A program made the position numbers and the translations under genes. DNA of 64,000 nt, taken from positions 276,551 through 340,550 of the forward strand of contig JBEPZY010000002.1 of assembly GCA_041640595.1 (NCBI GenBank). Reading direction: 5' to 3'. The notes below the pieces were generated by a model. It saw only the letters and a program-made list of their open reading frames with translations, was not told the DNA's origin and did no database searches. Source of the stretch: Gemmatales bacterium (GTDB taxonomy: Bacteria; Planctomycetota; Planctomycetia; Gemmatales; HRBIN36). Positions 31,401 through 41,433 of this stretch are shown here, piece after piece; the first letter of the stretch is position 1, and each line of letters starts with the position of its first letter.

Positions 31401-31538
31401 CGCGTCTGGGAACTGGAAAGCGGCAAACTCCAGACCAGTTTTCGCTTACCGGTGCTGGTGCATACCGTAGCGTTTTCGGGACCGGATCGGCTGCTGACAG
31501 CCAACAGCAACGGCACGATCTACCTGCTCGGCTGGTGA
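28497..31538 (+). CDS. Large WD40-repeat protein with an N-terminal hydrophobic segment
   Basis: Many GH..V..VAFSPDG..LASGG.D..VRLWD repeats; AAGGAG RBS before ATG 28497. Confidence 0.92.
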   Translation: MNRAANAGLGAGKLGSFGLLLALAIWIAAEPTAPDVDAWLRAYERERQELRQTGEERFSSDWIALADRYAEQARQALRTSQRQAAEWAILRARWILPAMPPDLPMGVQRIFGATKLRHGPSVHAVAWSEDGRYFATAGSDLAVRVWDAANGRELRSFSFQERPAAIAFARKRPLLAVGGHSTVVRVWDVSTGQEAWPGGLQVPNPAGARLVVLGVAFGGEDRYLAAVHSQQQLLMWNLNDKSVVYQLGGFNGQPSSVAFSSDGEYVASGDSGGLLRIFKAQQGALWRAFRANNGAIYAVTFVPGKKEVIVAGQDNFVRVFDVDRSQELIRWSSGAQGTTAVAVSADGRLVAAGSSLPDAAVRVWRMSDRTLVRTFRGHQHTVQGLAFDPSGRLLLSGGLDGQLRLWEVESGQSYHELTGHENYVWSVAVHPDGQRIASGGADGTVRLWDSQTRRALHVWKLHDQPVTSVAFSPDGKLLASAGGDRVIRLVDPQTGQEKQRLEGHTAPVTCLAFHPEGKWLASGGADRQLILWDVSSGKAVQTVSRYGSVVTGVAFVPGRSILVSSGGDQQIRLWELPHLQEPNQVWSGHRQAISALAASPRGDLLASADGDGQIVLWQVSSAQKRAVLSGHTGPVSALAFSSDGRLLASGGADRLVRVWDLTTGSEISQFAGHTDWVAGIAFFPDNRRLVSCGVDRTLKIWELSGQELVVSYGHSRKVTALAVPQGESSPARWFVSGSQDQTLRWWDAATARELAIVTEHSDEITALAGDRNGRLLASADRSGAIKIWELPPNKPAEKFAPPRLRNSFSVARASVILLAWSADSSQLVGWVTDSQSDKTLAVWDAATGKIIRSFAGHDRSVRVSCLAFSADGRYAAVGGHNGLVRIWDLSTGAQVKAITPFTSAVADLTFTHDNRFLILAGSQGEIQVRDWQADKVVRSWASQQTGLIGLALGPQDRRLATFDSRGEIRVWELESGKLQTSFRLPVLVHTVAFSGPDRLLTANSNGTIYLLGW

Positions 31539-31733
31539 CATCGAGCACACTAACGGCGGCAAATGCTTGATCTTATTGCCGAGGATCGAAAAACCGCCAT
31601 CGGTTAGGTGTGGTAAGTATCGCCGGGCTGCCCAGGCCAGCAGCGACCAGACTCTGACGTCTGGATAAAATAGTATGGGCCGTCGCTGGCCAAATTGTTG
31701 CGGGTCGGCAGTGATAAGAAGGGGAGCCAGGTT

Positions 31734-31961
31734 ATGCAAATTGAACGCATCACTCACAATCCCGCTGTGATGGGAGGCAAGCCTTGCATTCGTGGCCTGC
31801 GCGTCACCGTGGCAACCATCCTGGGGTTACTGGCCAGCGGCAAGTCGCGCGAGCGAATCCTGCAGGCCTACCCGTACCTCGAACCGGAAGACATTGACGC
31901 CGCCCTCGCCTACGCAGCCTGGCGACTGGAAGAACGCGAAGAGCCGCTGGTCGTCTCATGA
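31734..31961 (+). CDS. DUF433 family putative antitoxin
   Basis: RITHNPAVMGGKPCIRGLRVTV...YPYLEPEDIDAALAYAA; GGGGAG RBS. Confidence 0.92.
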   Translation: MQIERITHNPAVMGGKPCIRGLRVTVATILGLLASGKSRERILQAYPYLEPEDIDAALAYAAWRLEEREEPLVVS

Positions 31962-31973
31962 GCCTCAGACAAT

Positions 31974-32981
31974 CCACGGCGGGCTCACGCCCGCCGCTCT
32001 TGGTCGTGTAGTCGGTCGTCGCTGAACGGTGTTCGATTCTCACTCCACGCTGATCGCCTCACCGAACCACGGCGGGCTCACGCCCGCCGCTCTCGTTCGG
32101 TGTGCGACTCCGCATTGCGAATCACGCATTTCGCAGCGAACGAACGTCGTGCAGCCAGGAGCGGCTGGCGTAGGCCAGCCGTGGCAAACGAACGCGACTG
32201 CACCAGCGTTCGTGGGCATAGTGCCGGCAGTCTCCCGCGACTTTACGGCAACGTTCCTGCAAGTACGCTTCCCTAACAGCCACGGCGGGCTGACGCCCGC
32301 CGCTCTTGGTCGAATGTGCGTTGGTGCATCGCAAAAATCGTTGTTTCGCCGGCAGACGTTCGCACTGCAACACAAGAGCGGGGGGCGTAAGCCCCCCGTG
32401 GCGCCTATATACGCGATTGTAATCCGGAGCCGTATGACCCATAACCGATTCTGGCGCTACGTTAGCCCGGTGGCGCCCATAAACGCGACCGCAACGGCGA
32501 TCCGCACACACACCGTCGGCGGTCTGCCGTGAGTTAGTGGAAGCGCCGTTGTAAGTGCGATACCGATAACCACGGCGGGCTGACGCCCGCCGCTCTTGGT
32601 CGAATGTACGTTTGTGCATCGCAAAAATCGTTTTTCGCCGGCAGACGTTCCTACTGCAACACAAGAGCGGGGGGCGTAAGCCCCCCGTGGCGCCAATGCA
32701 CGCGATTGTAATCCGGAGCCGCATGACGCATAACCGATTCTGGCGCTACGTTAGCCCCGTGGCACCCATAAACGCAATTGCAACGGCGATCCGCACACAC
32801 ACCGTCGGCGGTCTGCCGTGAGTTAGTGGAAGCGCCGTTGCAGCTGCGATACCAATAACCACGGCGGGCTGACGCCCGCCGCTCTTGGTCGCGTAGTCGG
32901 TCATCGCTGAACGCTGTTCGATTCTCACTCCACGGTGATCGCCGCACCGAACCACGGCGGGCTGACGCCCGCCGCTCTTGT
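31974..32981. repeat. REP/BIME-like array 6 (~9 units)
   Basis: Same units; ~290-bp tandem duplication (32281/32571). Confidence 0.9.
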
Positions 32982-33138
32982 GTGCGGTTTGCGATTGCCC
33001 GCGCTGTTTTGTGCGACGATGTTTGTCGCGACGCCGGATCGTCAACCGGAAGCGGGCTTGCCATGGCCGGGTTGTGATGGTGCTCGTCCGGACATGCCCG
33101 CTGGCTGATATGTGTCAACGAGGGCTTGGTATTAAGGC

Positions 33139-34818
33139 CTACGGTTGCGATGATGCTTGTCCGGGCGCTCCCGCTGGCTGGGCCGGACTGGCGTGTGCGA
33201 TGGCGGTCTGGATCACGGCGGCGGTTTCGCGGAAGAAGTGAAGCAACTGCTGGGTGAGCCGGCCTGAGTTGTCCATGCGCGGGACTTTATGCTGCCCACC
33301 CAATTTCCCCTGGCGACGCAACCATTCCGCGAAGGCCCCGCGCTTGATCAGCACGACTTCCGGTGGGCCTAAACCGAGGTCGCCCTGACGATGGGCACAG
33401 TAATCAGCATTGGCCCGGCACAATTCGTCATCGAGCACCGTGGCGAACCGGTACAAATCACGGGGCGGTTCGGAACATTCCACCAGGTAAAGGTGTCGTC
33501 CGGGAGCAAGGGCTAGCGAAGCTGAAGCGGTGTCGGCGCTGACAAAAATCGGCCCAACGTGAAAATCGCTCACCAGTGCCCCGCATTGTGCCGCCGAGGT
33601 GGCGATTGCCTTTTCCACCTCCTCGCCGATCAAATGCTCGCCGAATGCCGATAGGAAATATCCGGTTCTTCCGACAAACCGCAACAGCGGAGGCTGGCGG
33701 CTCTGGAATGCAACCACATCGCCCAGAACATACGCCCACAGCCCTGCGCAGGTGGTTACGACCACGGCATAGGGCACATCGAGTTCGATTTCCCGCAGCG
33801 TGTGTCGAGTGGGGCGGTCGTGGGACAGTTCCTCCCACGGCACAAACTCGAAAAAGATACCGTGATCGGTCACCAGCCGCAACTGCCCGTAGCGAGCATC
33901 TTCAAAAGCCACGAACGCTTCCGAACTGGGATAAGTTTCGACCAGACGCACACCCCACTGGCCAAGCTCTCGCTCGAACCAGGCACGGTACGGCTCGAAA
34001 CAAACGCCGCCATGCACCAGCACCTGCAATTCTGGCCAGATTTCCGGCAAATGCGGGCAACCGGTCACCGCTTTGACCCGCTCGAGCAAAACCATCAGCC
34101 AGGAGGGAACCCCGGCCAGTAACGTGATCGGCTGCCGGGGCGATTCCTCGGCGAGGATGCGGATTTTCTCGTCCCAATCGCGGATCAGTGCCAGCGACGC
34201 TGGCGGCCAGACGAACGGCCGGAGATAGCGGGGCGTCTCAACGTACACGATGGCGCTGAGATCGCCCGCACCGATGCCCGGCCCTATCGCTTGCAGATCG
34301 GTACTACCGCCGAGGAAAAACAACCGGCCCTGCAGTAACCGCAGTTGCCGATCCTGAGCAAACAGGCCGCCGAACAGGCACAGGGCTGCCGAGCGATTCG
34401 AACGCAACAGCTCGGTGGTGACCGGAAGGTATTTGGTCTGCCCCGTGGTGGTGCCGGAAGAAAGGGCCCAGTATGGTGGATTCTCCGGCCAGGTAACACC
34501 TGCGGTGTGTGGAAACCGTGGCTGCCAGTATTGCCGCCAGAAATCCTCATAACGTCGCAGCGGCACTCGCTGTTGATAATCGCGGATGCTCTGGATGCGG
34601 TCGAAACCGTGTTGTTGGCCGAACTCGGTTCGGGCAGCGCGGCGTAACAGATACGCCAGGGTCTGCTCCTGCACGGTCTGGGTATCCGCCGCATCGAGTC
34701 GGCTCAATCGCCGCACTGCCACGCAGCGGAAAAACCAGTTAGCCAGCCCGCGCAGAGTAATTTCGAGCGGCCAGTTCGCACGTCTGCCACAGTGAGGCGA
34801 GCGGTTAGATGGAACCAT
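33139..34818 (-). CDS. GH3 auxin-responsive family (acyl acid-amido synthetase-like) protein
   Basis: LSSGTTTGQTKYLP, ETYPSSE, YVLGDVV.F and GGQHKVPR motifs. The start at ATG 34818 is inferred and overlaps the upstream stop. Confidence 0.88.
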   Translation of the reverse strand: MVPSNRSPHCGRRANWPLEITLRGLANWFFRCVAVRRLSRLDAADTQTVQEQTLAYLLRRAARTEFGQQHGFDRIQSIRDYQQRVPLRRYEDFWRQYWQPRFPHTAGVTWPENPPYWALSSGTTTGQTKYLPVTTELLRSNRSAALCLFGGLFAQDRQLRLLQGRLFFLGGSTDLQAIGPGIGAGDLSAIVYVETPRYLRPFVWPPASLALIRDWDEKIRILAEESPRQPITLLAGVPSWLMVLLERVKAVTGCPHLPEIWPELQVLVHGGVCFEPYRAWFERELGQWGVRLVETYPSSEAFVAFEDARYGQLRLVTDHGIFFEFVPWEELSHDRPTRHTLREIELDVPYAVVVTTCAGLWAYVLGDVVAFQSRQPPLLRFVGRTGYFLSAFGEHLIGEEVEKAIATSAAQCGALVSDFHVGPIFVSADTASASLALAPGRHLYLVECSEPPRDLYRFATVLDDELCRANADYCAHRQGDLGLGPPEVVLIKRGAFAEWLRRQGKLGGQHKVPRMDNSGRLTQQLLHFFRETAAVIQTAIAHASPAQPAGAPGQASSQP

Positions 34819-35680
34819 GATCGGTTCCGGTCTCGGCCTGGCCCACCGGTACGGGTTCTTCACAGACCTGCGGGGCAAGCGGACGGCGCTGGCTCTGCGT
34901 TTCGGGCACGGTCAGGAAAGCACGCACCAGTCGGTTCACCTGTCGGTAACGTTCGATTTGTGGGGCATGGCCACACCGCGCCAGCGCCAGATACTTGAAC
35001 TGAGGCAAGCCCTGCACCGCCTGGCGGATCTCGATCGGGTCCACGATTCGGTCTTCCTTCCCGCAAATCACCAGCGTCGGACAACGCACCTGCGGTAACT
35101 TATCGCGCACCGAATGCTCCGCCGTTCCCCGTACCGTTCGCAGCAACGCCTTCTTCCACGAGCGCTCCTGCATTTGCAATCGCAAATGGGCCAGCATCTG
35201 GGCATCTACATGGGCCGGGTCGTGAAAGATGCTCTTCAGCAGTCCCTCCATATCGTGGTGTCGGACGCCTTCAACCACCGGCAGCCGTTCTTCGTCGCCA
35301 AAACCGGACGGGCACAGCAAAACCATCCGCGCCACCTGATCGGGTCGGCGAACGGCATATTCGACCACCACCTGGCAACCGAGACTGCTGGCCACAAAGA
35401 AATACGGCGGTCGCTGCACAAACCGGTCGAGATACTCTTCCAGTGCCTCGGTCAAATAGGGAACATCAATCGGCAAGCCCTGGGCGATGCGGCGTTGTAA
35501 CTGCGGGCCGCCGTACACGAGAATTTCCGGCACCTTGACGTCGAAATATCGCTCCCAGTACCAGCGATTGCGATACCAGCTTTCTGATTGCTCAGCCAAA
35601 CCGTTGACGAGAATCAGCGGGGGTCGTTTACACCAGCCGGGTGCTTTCCGGCGTGCCCAACTCCACAGCATCTGCCACAT
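34805..35680 (-). CDS. Alpha/beta hydrolase
   Basis: LVNGLAE, ASSLG nucleophile elbow, PTLVICGKEDRIV and CGHAPQIE motifs; AAGGAG RBS. Confidence 0.88.
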   Translation of the reverse strand: MWQMLWSWARRKAPGWCKRPPLILVNGLAEQSESWYRNRWYWERYFDVKVPEILVYGGPQLQRRIAQGLPIDVPYLTEALEEYLDRFVQRPPYFFVASSLGCQVVVEYAVRRPDQVARMVLLCPSGFGDEERLPVVEGVRHHDMEGLLKSIFHDPAHVDAQMLAHLRLQMQERSWKKALLRTVRGTAEHSVRDKLPQVRCPTLVICGKEDRIVDPIEIRQAVQGLPQFKYLALARCGHAPQIERYRQVNRLVRAFLTVPETQSQRRPLAPQVCEEPVPVGQAETGTDHGSI

Positions 35681-36051
35681 ACGCACTCCTTCCAGGAAGG
35701 TCGTTGCCGCTGTTTGAGCAGCACGAGCAACGCCGTCGTCGGGCCTCCATGCTTTCTAGTCCGCTGTATTGTAACTCACCGCGAACCTCTGGGAAGACCA
35801 ATCGCTTGTCCGCTGTCGAGAAATGCCTCGGTCAGGCACGAAATCGCTCGATTTTTCTGGGCTCCGACAAGCGCCGCCACAAACATGAAAAACGCGCGAA
35901 GTTTTTATGACCGCGCCTGGATCGCCCCGCACACTCGTTTACTCCCGCCTGAATCTGGAGCACGGTGGATTCGCGGATGCCGCTCTCGGTGTGCGTGCGC
36001 AACACCGGTCTGCGGAGATGCCCGATGTTACTTCCGGAATGCGTTACTCCA

Positions 36052-37507
36052 TCCCCGGCGAGCTGACGCCCGCCGCTCTCGGTCGAATGTGCGTTTGTGC
36101 ATCGTAAAAATTGTTGTTTCGCCGGCAGACATTCGCACTGCAACGCAAGAGCGGGGGGCGTAAGCCCCCCGTGGCGCCTATAAACGCGAATGCAACGGCG
36201 ATCCGCACACACACCGTCGGCGGTCTGCCGACGAATAGGGCTCGTGTCTGCCGACGCGCATTTGCCCACCCACGGCGGGCTGACGCCCGCCGCTCTTGGT
36301 CGCGTAGTCGGTCGTGGCTGAACGCTGTTCGATTCTCACTCCACGGTGATCGCCTGACCGAACCACGGCGGGCTGACGCCCGCCGCTCTTGGTCGAATGT
36401 GCGTTTGTGCATCGTAAAAATTGTTGTTTCGCCGGCAGACGTTCGCACTGCAACGCAAGAGCGGGGGGCGTGAGCCCCCCGTGGCGCCAATGCACGCGAT
36501 TGTAATCCGGAGCCGTATGACCCATATACGATTCTGGCGCTACGTTAGCCCCGTGGCGCCGATGCCCGCGACCGCAACGGCGATCCGCACACACACCATC
36601 GGCGGTCTGCCGACGAATAGGGCTCGTGTCTGCCGACGCGCATTTGCCCATCCCCGGCGGGCTGACGCCCGCCGCTCTTGGTTGGGTGTGCGACTCCGCA
36701 CTGCGAATAACGCATTTCGCAGCGAACGAACGTCGTGCAACCAGGAGCGGCTGGCGTAAGCCAGCAGTGGCGAACGAACGCGACCGCACCGGCGTTCGTG
36801 GGCATAGTGCCGGCAGTCTCCCGCGACTTTACGGCAAAGTTCCTGCAAGTACGCTTCCCTAACAGCCACGGCGGGCTGACGCCCGCCGCTCTTGGTCGAA
36901 TGTGCGTTTGTGCATCGCAAAAATCGTTGTTTCGCCGGCAGACGTTCGCACCGCAACGCAAGAGCGGGGGGCGAAGCCCCCCGTGGTTAACCTAGACGCG
37001 AACGCACCAGCCACCGGGACAGGCACCCTCGGCGGTCTGCCGACGAATAGGGCTCGTGTCTGCCGACGCGCATTTGCCCACCCACGGCGGGCTGACGCCC
37101 GCCGCTCTTGGTTGGGTGTGCGACTCGGCACTGCGAATAACGCATTTCACAGCGAACGAACGTCGTGCAACCAGGAGCGGCTGGCGTAAGCCAGCCGTGG
37201 CGAACGAACGCGACCGCACCGGCGTTCGTGGGCATAGTGCCGGCAGTCTCCCGCGACTTTACGGCAAAGTTCCTGCAAGTACGCTTCCCTAACAGCCACG
37301 GCGGGCTGACGCCCGCCGCTCTTGGTCGTGTAGTCGGTCGTCGGTGAACGCTGTTCGATTCTCACTCCACGGTGATCGCCTCACCGAACCACGGCGGGCT
37401 GACGCCCGCCGCTCTTGGTTGGGTGTGCGACTCCGCACTGCGAATCACGCGTTTCGCAGCGAACGAGCGTCGTGCAACCAGGAGCGGCTGGCGTAAGCCA
37501 GCCGTGG
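36052..37507. repeat. REP/BIME-like array 7 (~14 units)
   Basis: Same units; ~290-bp block repeated at ~430-bp offset (36600/37030). Confidence 0.9.
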
Positions 37508-37627
37508 CGAACGTACACCGCTGCTGTTTTCGCACCGGGGGCACGGTTCGACCCGGAACGGAGAGCGGCGTAAAATACCGCAGTCGCGGCGAGCGATTAC
37601 GCAGCTTAAGCGCTGCCAATGATCCTT

Positions 37628-37895
37628 CGGCATCGCTCCGAACAACGGAGTCCTCGGACGCATAGTCTGCAGCGCTCGCATTGCAGCCCAACGATTTCGG
37701 CCGACTTCGACATCGCCAAGCGACGGATTCCGCGGCCACTGGCATCGTCGCTCAACGAATTCCGCGGGCAAAGGCATCGCCGCTCAACGAATTCCGTGGA
37801 CACCGGCATTACCGCTCAACGAATTCTTCGGACGCCGAGTCGCTGCTCAACGAAGCCTGCGGGCTCCGACATCGCTAGGCAACGGATTCTGCGAA
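37628..37895. repeat. Degenerate ~32-bp minisatellite (core GGCATCGYCGCTCAACGAATTC)
   Basis: Units start at ~37709, 37741, 37773, 37805, 37837 and 37868, with weaker copies to the left. Confidence 0.75.
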
Positions 37896-38003
37896 TTGCA
37901 GATTGCATGCAGCAGCGCTTAGCCTGCCGGGTGAAAATCGCTGCCGTCCGACGACTATAGAAACGGAAGCTCGTCGGCAATAGCCAAGCACACGTGGGAG
38001 CTA

Positions 38004-39245
38004 GTGAAATTCATGTCCAGCACGCCGCTCACGCTTACCCCGACCGTGCCGTTGACCGATTGGCCTGATCCCCGGGGCCGATTTGGACCGTTCGGTGGCC
38101 GATATGTGCCGGAGACGTTGATGTATGCTCTGGAGCAGTTGACCGAGGCTTACGAATCGGCCCGCAAGGACCCGCAGTTTCAGCAGGAATTCGAGTATTA
38201 CCTGCGTCAATACGTGGGCCGGCCAACACCGCTTTACTTTGCCGAACGGTTGACGCAACACGCTGGTGGTGCTCGCATTTATCTGAAACGGGAAGACCTG
38301 AACCACACGGGAGCCCACAAGATCAACAACTGCCTCGGCCAGGCACTTTTGACCAAACGGATGGGGAAGCGTCGGCTCATTGCCGAGACCGGAGCGGGGC
38401 AGCACGGCGTAGCGACTGCCACTGCGGCGGCACTGCTGGGGTTGCCGTGCGTTGTTTATATGGGCGAGGAGGATGTTCGCCGGCAACGGCTCAATGTGTT
38501 CAAGATGCGTTTGCTGGGAACGGAAGTGGTGGCGGTCCGGTCGGGGAGTCGCACCTTGCGCGACGCCATTAACGAGGCCCTGCGCGACTGGATGGCCAGC
38601 GTCGAAACTACCCATTACATTCTCGGCAGTGTGGTCGGGCCGCATCCGTTTCCCCGTATGGTGCGGGATTTCCAGTCGGTCATCGGCCGCGAAACTCGTC
38701 AGCAGGCGCTGGAGCAGATCGGCAAGTTGCCCGAAGTGGTGGTGGCGTGTGTGGGCGGGGGCAGCAACGCTGCCGGTATGTTTTACCCATTCCTGCAGGA
38801 TGAGGGTGTGGAACTGGTGGGAGTGGAAGCAGGGGGACGGGGCACGGGTCTGGGTCAGCACGCTGCTTCGCTGAATCTGGGTCGGCCCGGGGTGTTGCAC
38901 GGCAGTTTCAGCTACGTCTTGCAGGATGAAGAGGGGCAGACCGCGGACGTGCATTCGGTCTCCGCCGGTCTGGATTATCCCGGAGTCGGGCCGGAACATA
39001 GCTGGTGGAAAGAAACCGGTCGCGTTCGCTACACCACGGCCAGCGATGCCGAGGCTCTGGAGGCTTTTGAACTATGCTGTCGGCTGGAAGGAATTTTGCC
39101 GGCCCTGGAAACCGCCCACGCCCTGGTCGAGGCCCTCAAAATTGCCGCGAAGCGACCCCGCGACCAGGCAGTTGTCGTTTGTTTTTCCGGTCGCGGCGAC
39201 AAGGACTGCTTTGAAGTAGCCCGTTTGCGGGGGCTGGAAATTTAG
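38004..39245 (+). CDS. trpB: Tryptophan synthase beta subunit
   Basis: [28 protein letters not shown] (PLP Lys), AETGAGQHG and [13 protein letters not shown] motifs. Confidence 0.98.
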   Translation: MKFMSSTPLTLTPTVPLTDWPDPRGRFGPFGGRYVPETLMYALEQLTEAYESARKDPQFQQEFEYYLRQYVGRPTPLYFAERLTQHAGGARIYLKREDLNHTGAHKINNCLGQALLTKRMGKRRLIAETGAGQHGVATATAAALLGLPCVVYMGEEDVRRQRLNVFKMRLLGTEVVAVRSGSRTLRDAINEALRDWMASVETTHYILGSVVGPHPFPRMVRDFQSVIGRETRQQALEQIGKLPEVVVACVGGGSNAAGMFYPFLQDEGVELVGVEAGGRGTGLGQHAASLNLGRPGVLHGSFSYVLQDEEGQTADVHSVSAGLDYPGVGPEHSWWKETGRVRYTTASDAEALEAFELCCRLEGILPALETAHALVEALKIAAKRPRDQAVVVCFSGRGDKDCFEVARLRGLEI

Positions 39246-39361
39246 CGCTGCCAGAGTGTGCCCGCCTGCCGACCCCGGCCCGGCTTGGCCATACAATGAT
39301 GCACGTGCACCAGACCTGGCGCGACCTTTCCAGCCAGGCACACAGCCAGGGAGGAGAGGGA

Positions 39362-41422
39362 ATGCACGACAGGCGAATAGCCTTGCGGCCAATCGTGATC
39401 TGGGCGGTTGGGCTGAGTGTGTTAGCTGCCTGGAGTCTTCGCCCCAGCTGGCCGGATTCTTTTCTTCTGGGTCAGGTCGGAGGAAAACCGCCGGCCGCCA
39501 GCCGACCTCGCATACCGGCTCCGGAACTCGAAGGCGGTGTGGATTGGCTCAACACTTCGGGGCCTATCCGTTTGCGCGACCTCCGCGGCAAAATCGTCCT
39601 GCTCGATTTCTGGACTTACTGCTGCATCAACTGCATGCATGTTCTGCCCGACCTGGCCCGGCTGGAGAAAAAATACGCCAACCAGCTTGTCGTCATCGGT
39701 GTGCACTCGGCCAAGTTCGACGCGGAGAAGGATTCCAAAAATATCCGCGAAGCGATTTTGCGCTATGGCATCGAACACCCCGTGGTCAACGACGCCCACC
39801 GCCGCATCTGGAACGCTTACCGGGTCATCGCCTGGCCGACTTTCGTTCTCATTGACCCCGAAGGATACATCGTTGGACGGGCTTCCGGAGAAGGGCTGGG
39901 GGAAGCGCTGGACGCGGTCATCGCCCAGCTCATCGAGGAACACCGCAAACGCAACACCCTCCGCGAACAACCGCTGCGATTCGACCTGGAAAAGTTCCGC
40001 CAGCGCGAACGAACGCCGCTTTATTTTCCCGGCAAAGTGCTGGCAGACGCCGCGACTCGCCGATTGTTTATCGCCGACAGCTCCCATCACCGCATCGTCA
40101 TCGCCGACTGGGATGGGAAAGTGCAGGCGGTCGCCGGAACGGGAGAACCAGGCTGGCGGGATGGGCCTTTTGCTCAGGCTCAGTTCAACGATCCCCAGGG
40201 CATGGCACTGGATGGCGGAAAGCTGTACGTGGCCGACCGCAAAAACCATCTCATCCGTGTGCTCGATCTCGCCAAACAGCAGGTGGATACCCTGGCGGGT
40301 ACCGGAAACCAGAGCCACGACCGTCGCGCTGCCGGCAAACCGCGGGAAGTCGGTCTGAACAGTCCCTGGGACCTGTTGCTGCTGGGGCAGTCACTCTACA
40401 TCGCCATGGCCGGGCATCACCAGGTCTGGAAGCTCGATCTGCAGCAGGACTACCTGGCCGCGTATGCTGGCAGTGGTCTGGAGGAAATCTACGACGGCAC
40501 GCTTGCCACGAGTGCGTTTGCTCAGCCGAGCGGATTGGCGAGCGATGGTCAATGGCTTTACGTGGCCGATAGCGAAACTTCCAGCATTCGCGCTGTCTCG
40601 CTCGATGCCAATCGCGGCGTGGTACGCACCATCGTAGGGCAGGGCTTATTCGAATTTGGCGACCGGGATGGTCAGGGCAAGGCGGTTCGCTTGCAACATC
40701 CGCTCGGTATCGCCTACCGCGATGGTCAGCTTTACATCGCCGACACCTACAACAACAAAATCAAAATCCTCGACCCGGTCAAACGCACCTGCCGAACCTT
40801 TCTCGGCGACGGTCGGCCCGGTCTGAGCGATGATCCGCCTCGCTTCGACGAACCCGGCGGCATTTCGATTGCCGGGGATTTCCTTTTCGTGGCCGATACC
40901 AATAACCACGCCATCCGCGTCGTGGACCTCAAAACCAACCGGGTGCGAACCTTGACCCTGCAAGGGTTGGAACCGCCGCCACCGCCAGCGAGTCCGAAAC
41001 GGCCAATCTTTCCCGAACCGCTCGTAGTACGCCAGCCGCGACAGGAACTGCCCACGACAGGGGCCATTTCCGTGCAGGGTCAATTCTGGATACCTGCCGG
41101 CCAGAAAATCACCACGGAATCCCGGCTCCCCTGTCTGGTCGAGGCTCTGCGCAATAACGAAACGGTGTGGGAAGAACAACCGGCTTTGCAAACCGACCGC
41201 GACGCAAATCGTTTCACGCTCACCCTCCCGGCCGAGAAAATCGCTCAGGCGGATACTTTGCGGATCACGGTCGGCTACTTCACCTGTCCGGTAAAAAGTA
41301 CCGGTGTATGTCTGATACACGCCATCCGCTGGGAAATTCCCGTCCAGGCAAAACCGAATGCTCAGCAACGCAGCCTCACGCTCGACCCGCCTTCACCACC
41401 CGCTGAGCAGAAATCTCCCTAG
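39362..41422 (+). CDS. Exported thioredoxin-like + NHL-repeat protein (NHLRC2/SOQ1-like architecture)
   Basis: N-terminal hydrophobic segment; DFWTYCCINC and GVHSAKF; multiple NHL repeats (LFIADS, LYVADR, LYIADTYN). Confidence 0.9.
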   Translation: MHDRRIALRPIVIWAVGLSVLAAWSLRPSWPDSFLLGQVGGKPPAASRPRIPAPELEGGVDWLNTSGPIRLRDLRGKIVLLDFWTYCCINCMHVLPDLARLEKKYANQLVVIGVHSAKFDAEKDSKNIREAILRYGIEHPVVNDAHRRIWNAYRVIAWPTFVLIDPEGYIVGRASGEGLGEALDAVIAQLIEEHRKRNTLREQPLRFDLEKFRQRERTPLYFPGKVLADAATRRLFIADSSHHRIVIADWDGKVQAVAGTGEPGWRDGPFAQAQFNDPQGMALDGGKLYVADRKNHLIRVLDLAKQQVDTLAGTGNQSHDRRAAGKPREVGLNSPWDLLLLGQSLYIAMAGHHQVWKLDLQQDYLAAYAGSGLEEIYDGTLATSAFAQPSGLASDGQWLYVADSETSSIRAVSLDANRGVVRTIVGQGLFEFGDRDGQGKAVRLQHPLGIAYRDGQLYIADTYNNKIKILDPVKRTCRTFLGDGRPGLSDDPPRFDEPGGISIAGDFLFVADTNNHAIRVVDLKTNRVRTLTLQGLEPPPPPASPKRPIFPEPLVVRQPRQELPTTGAISVQGQFWIPAGQKITTESRLPCLVEALRNNETVWEEQPALQTDRDANRFTLTLPAEKIAQADTLRITVGYFTCPVKSTGVCLIHAIRWEIPVQAKPNAQQRSLTLDPPSPPAEQKSP

Positions 41423-41433
41423 CCGCAATTACC

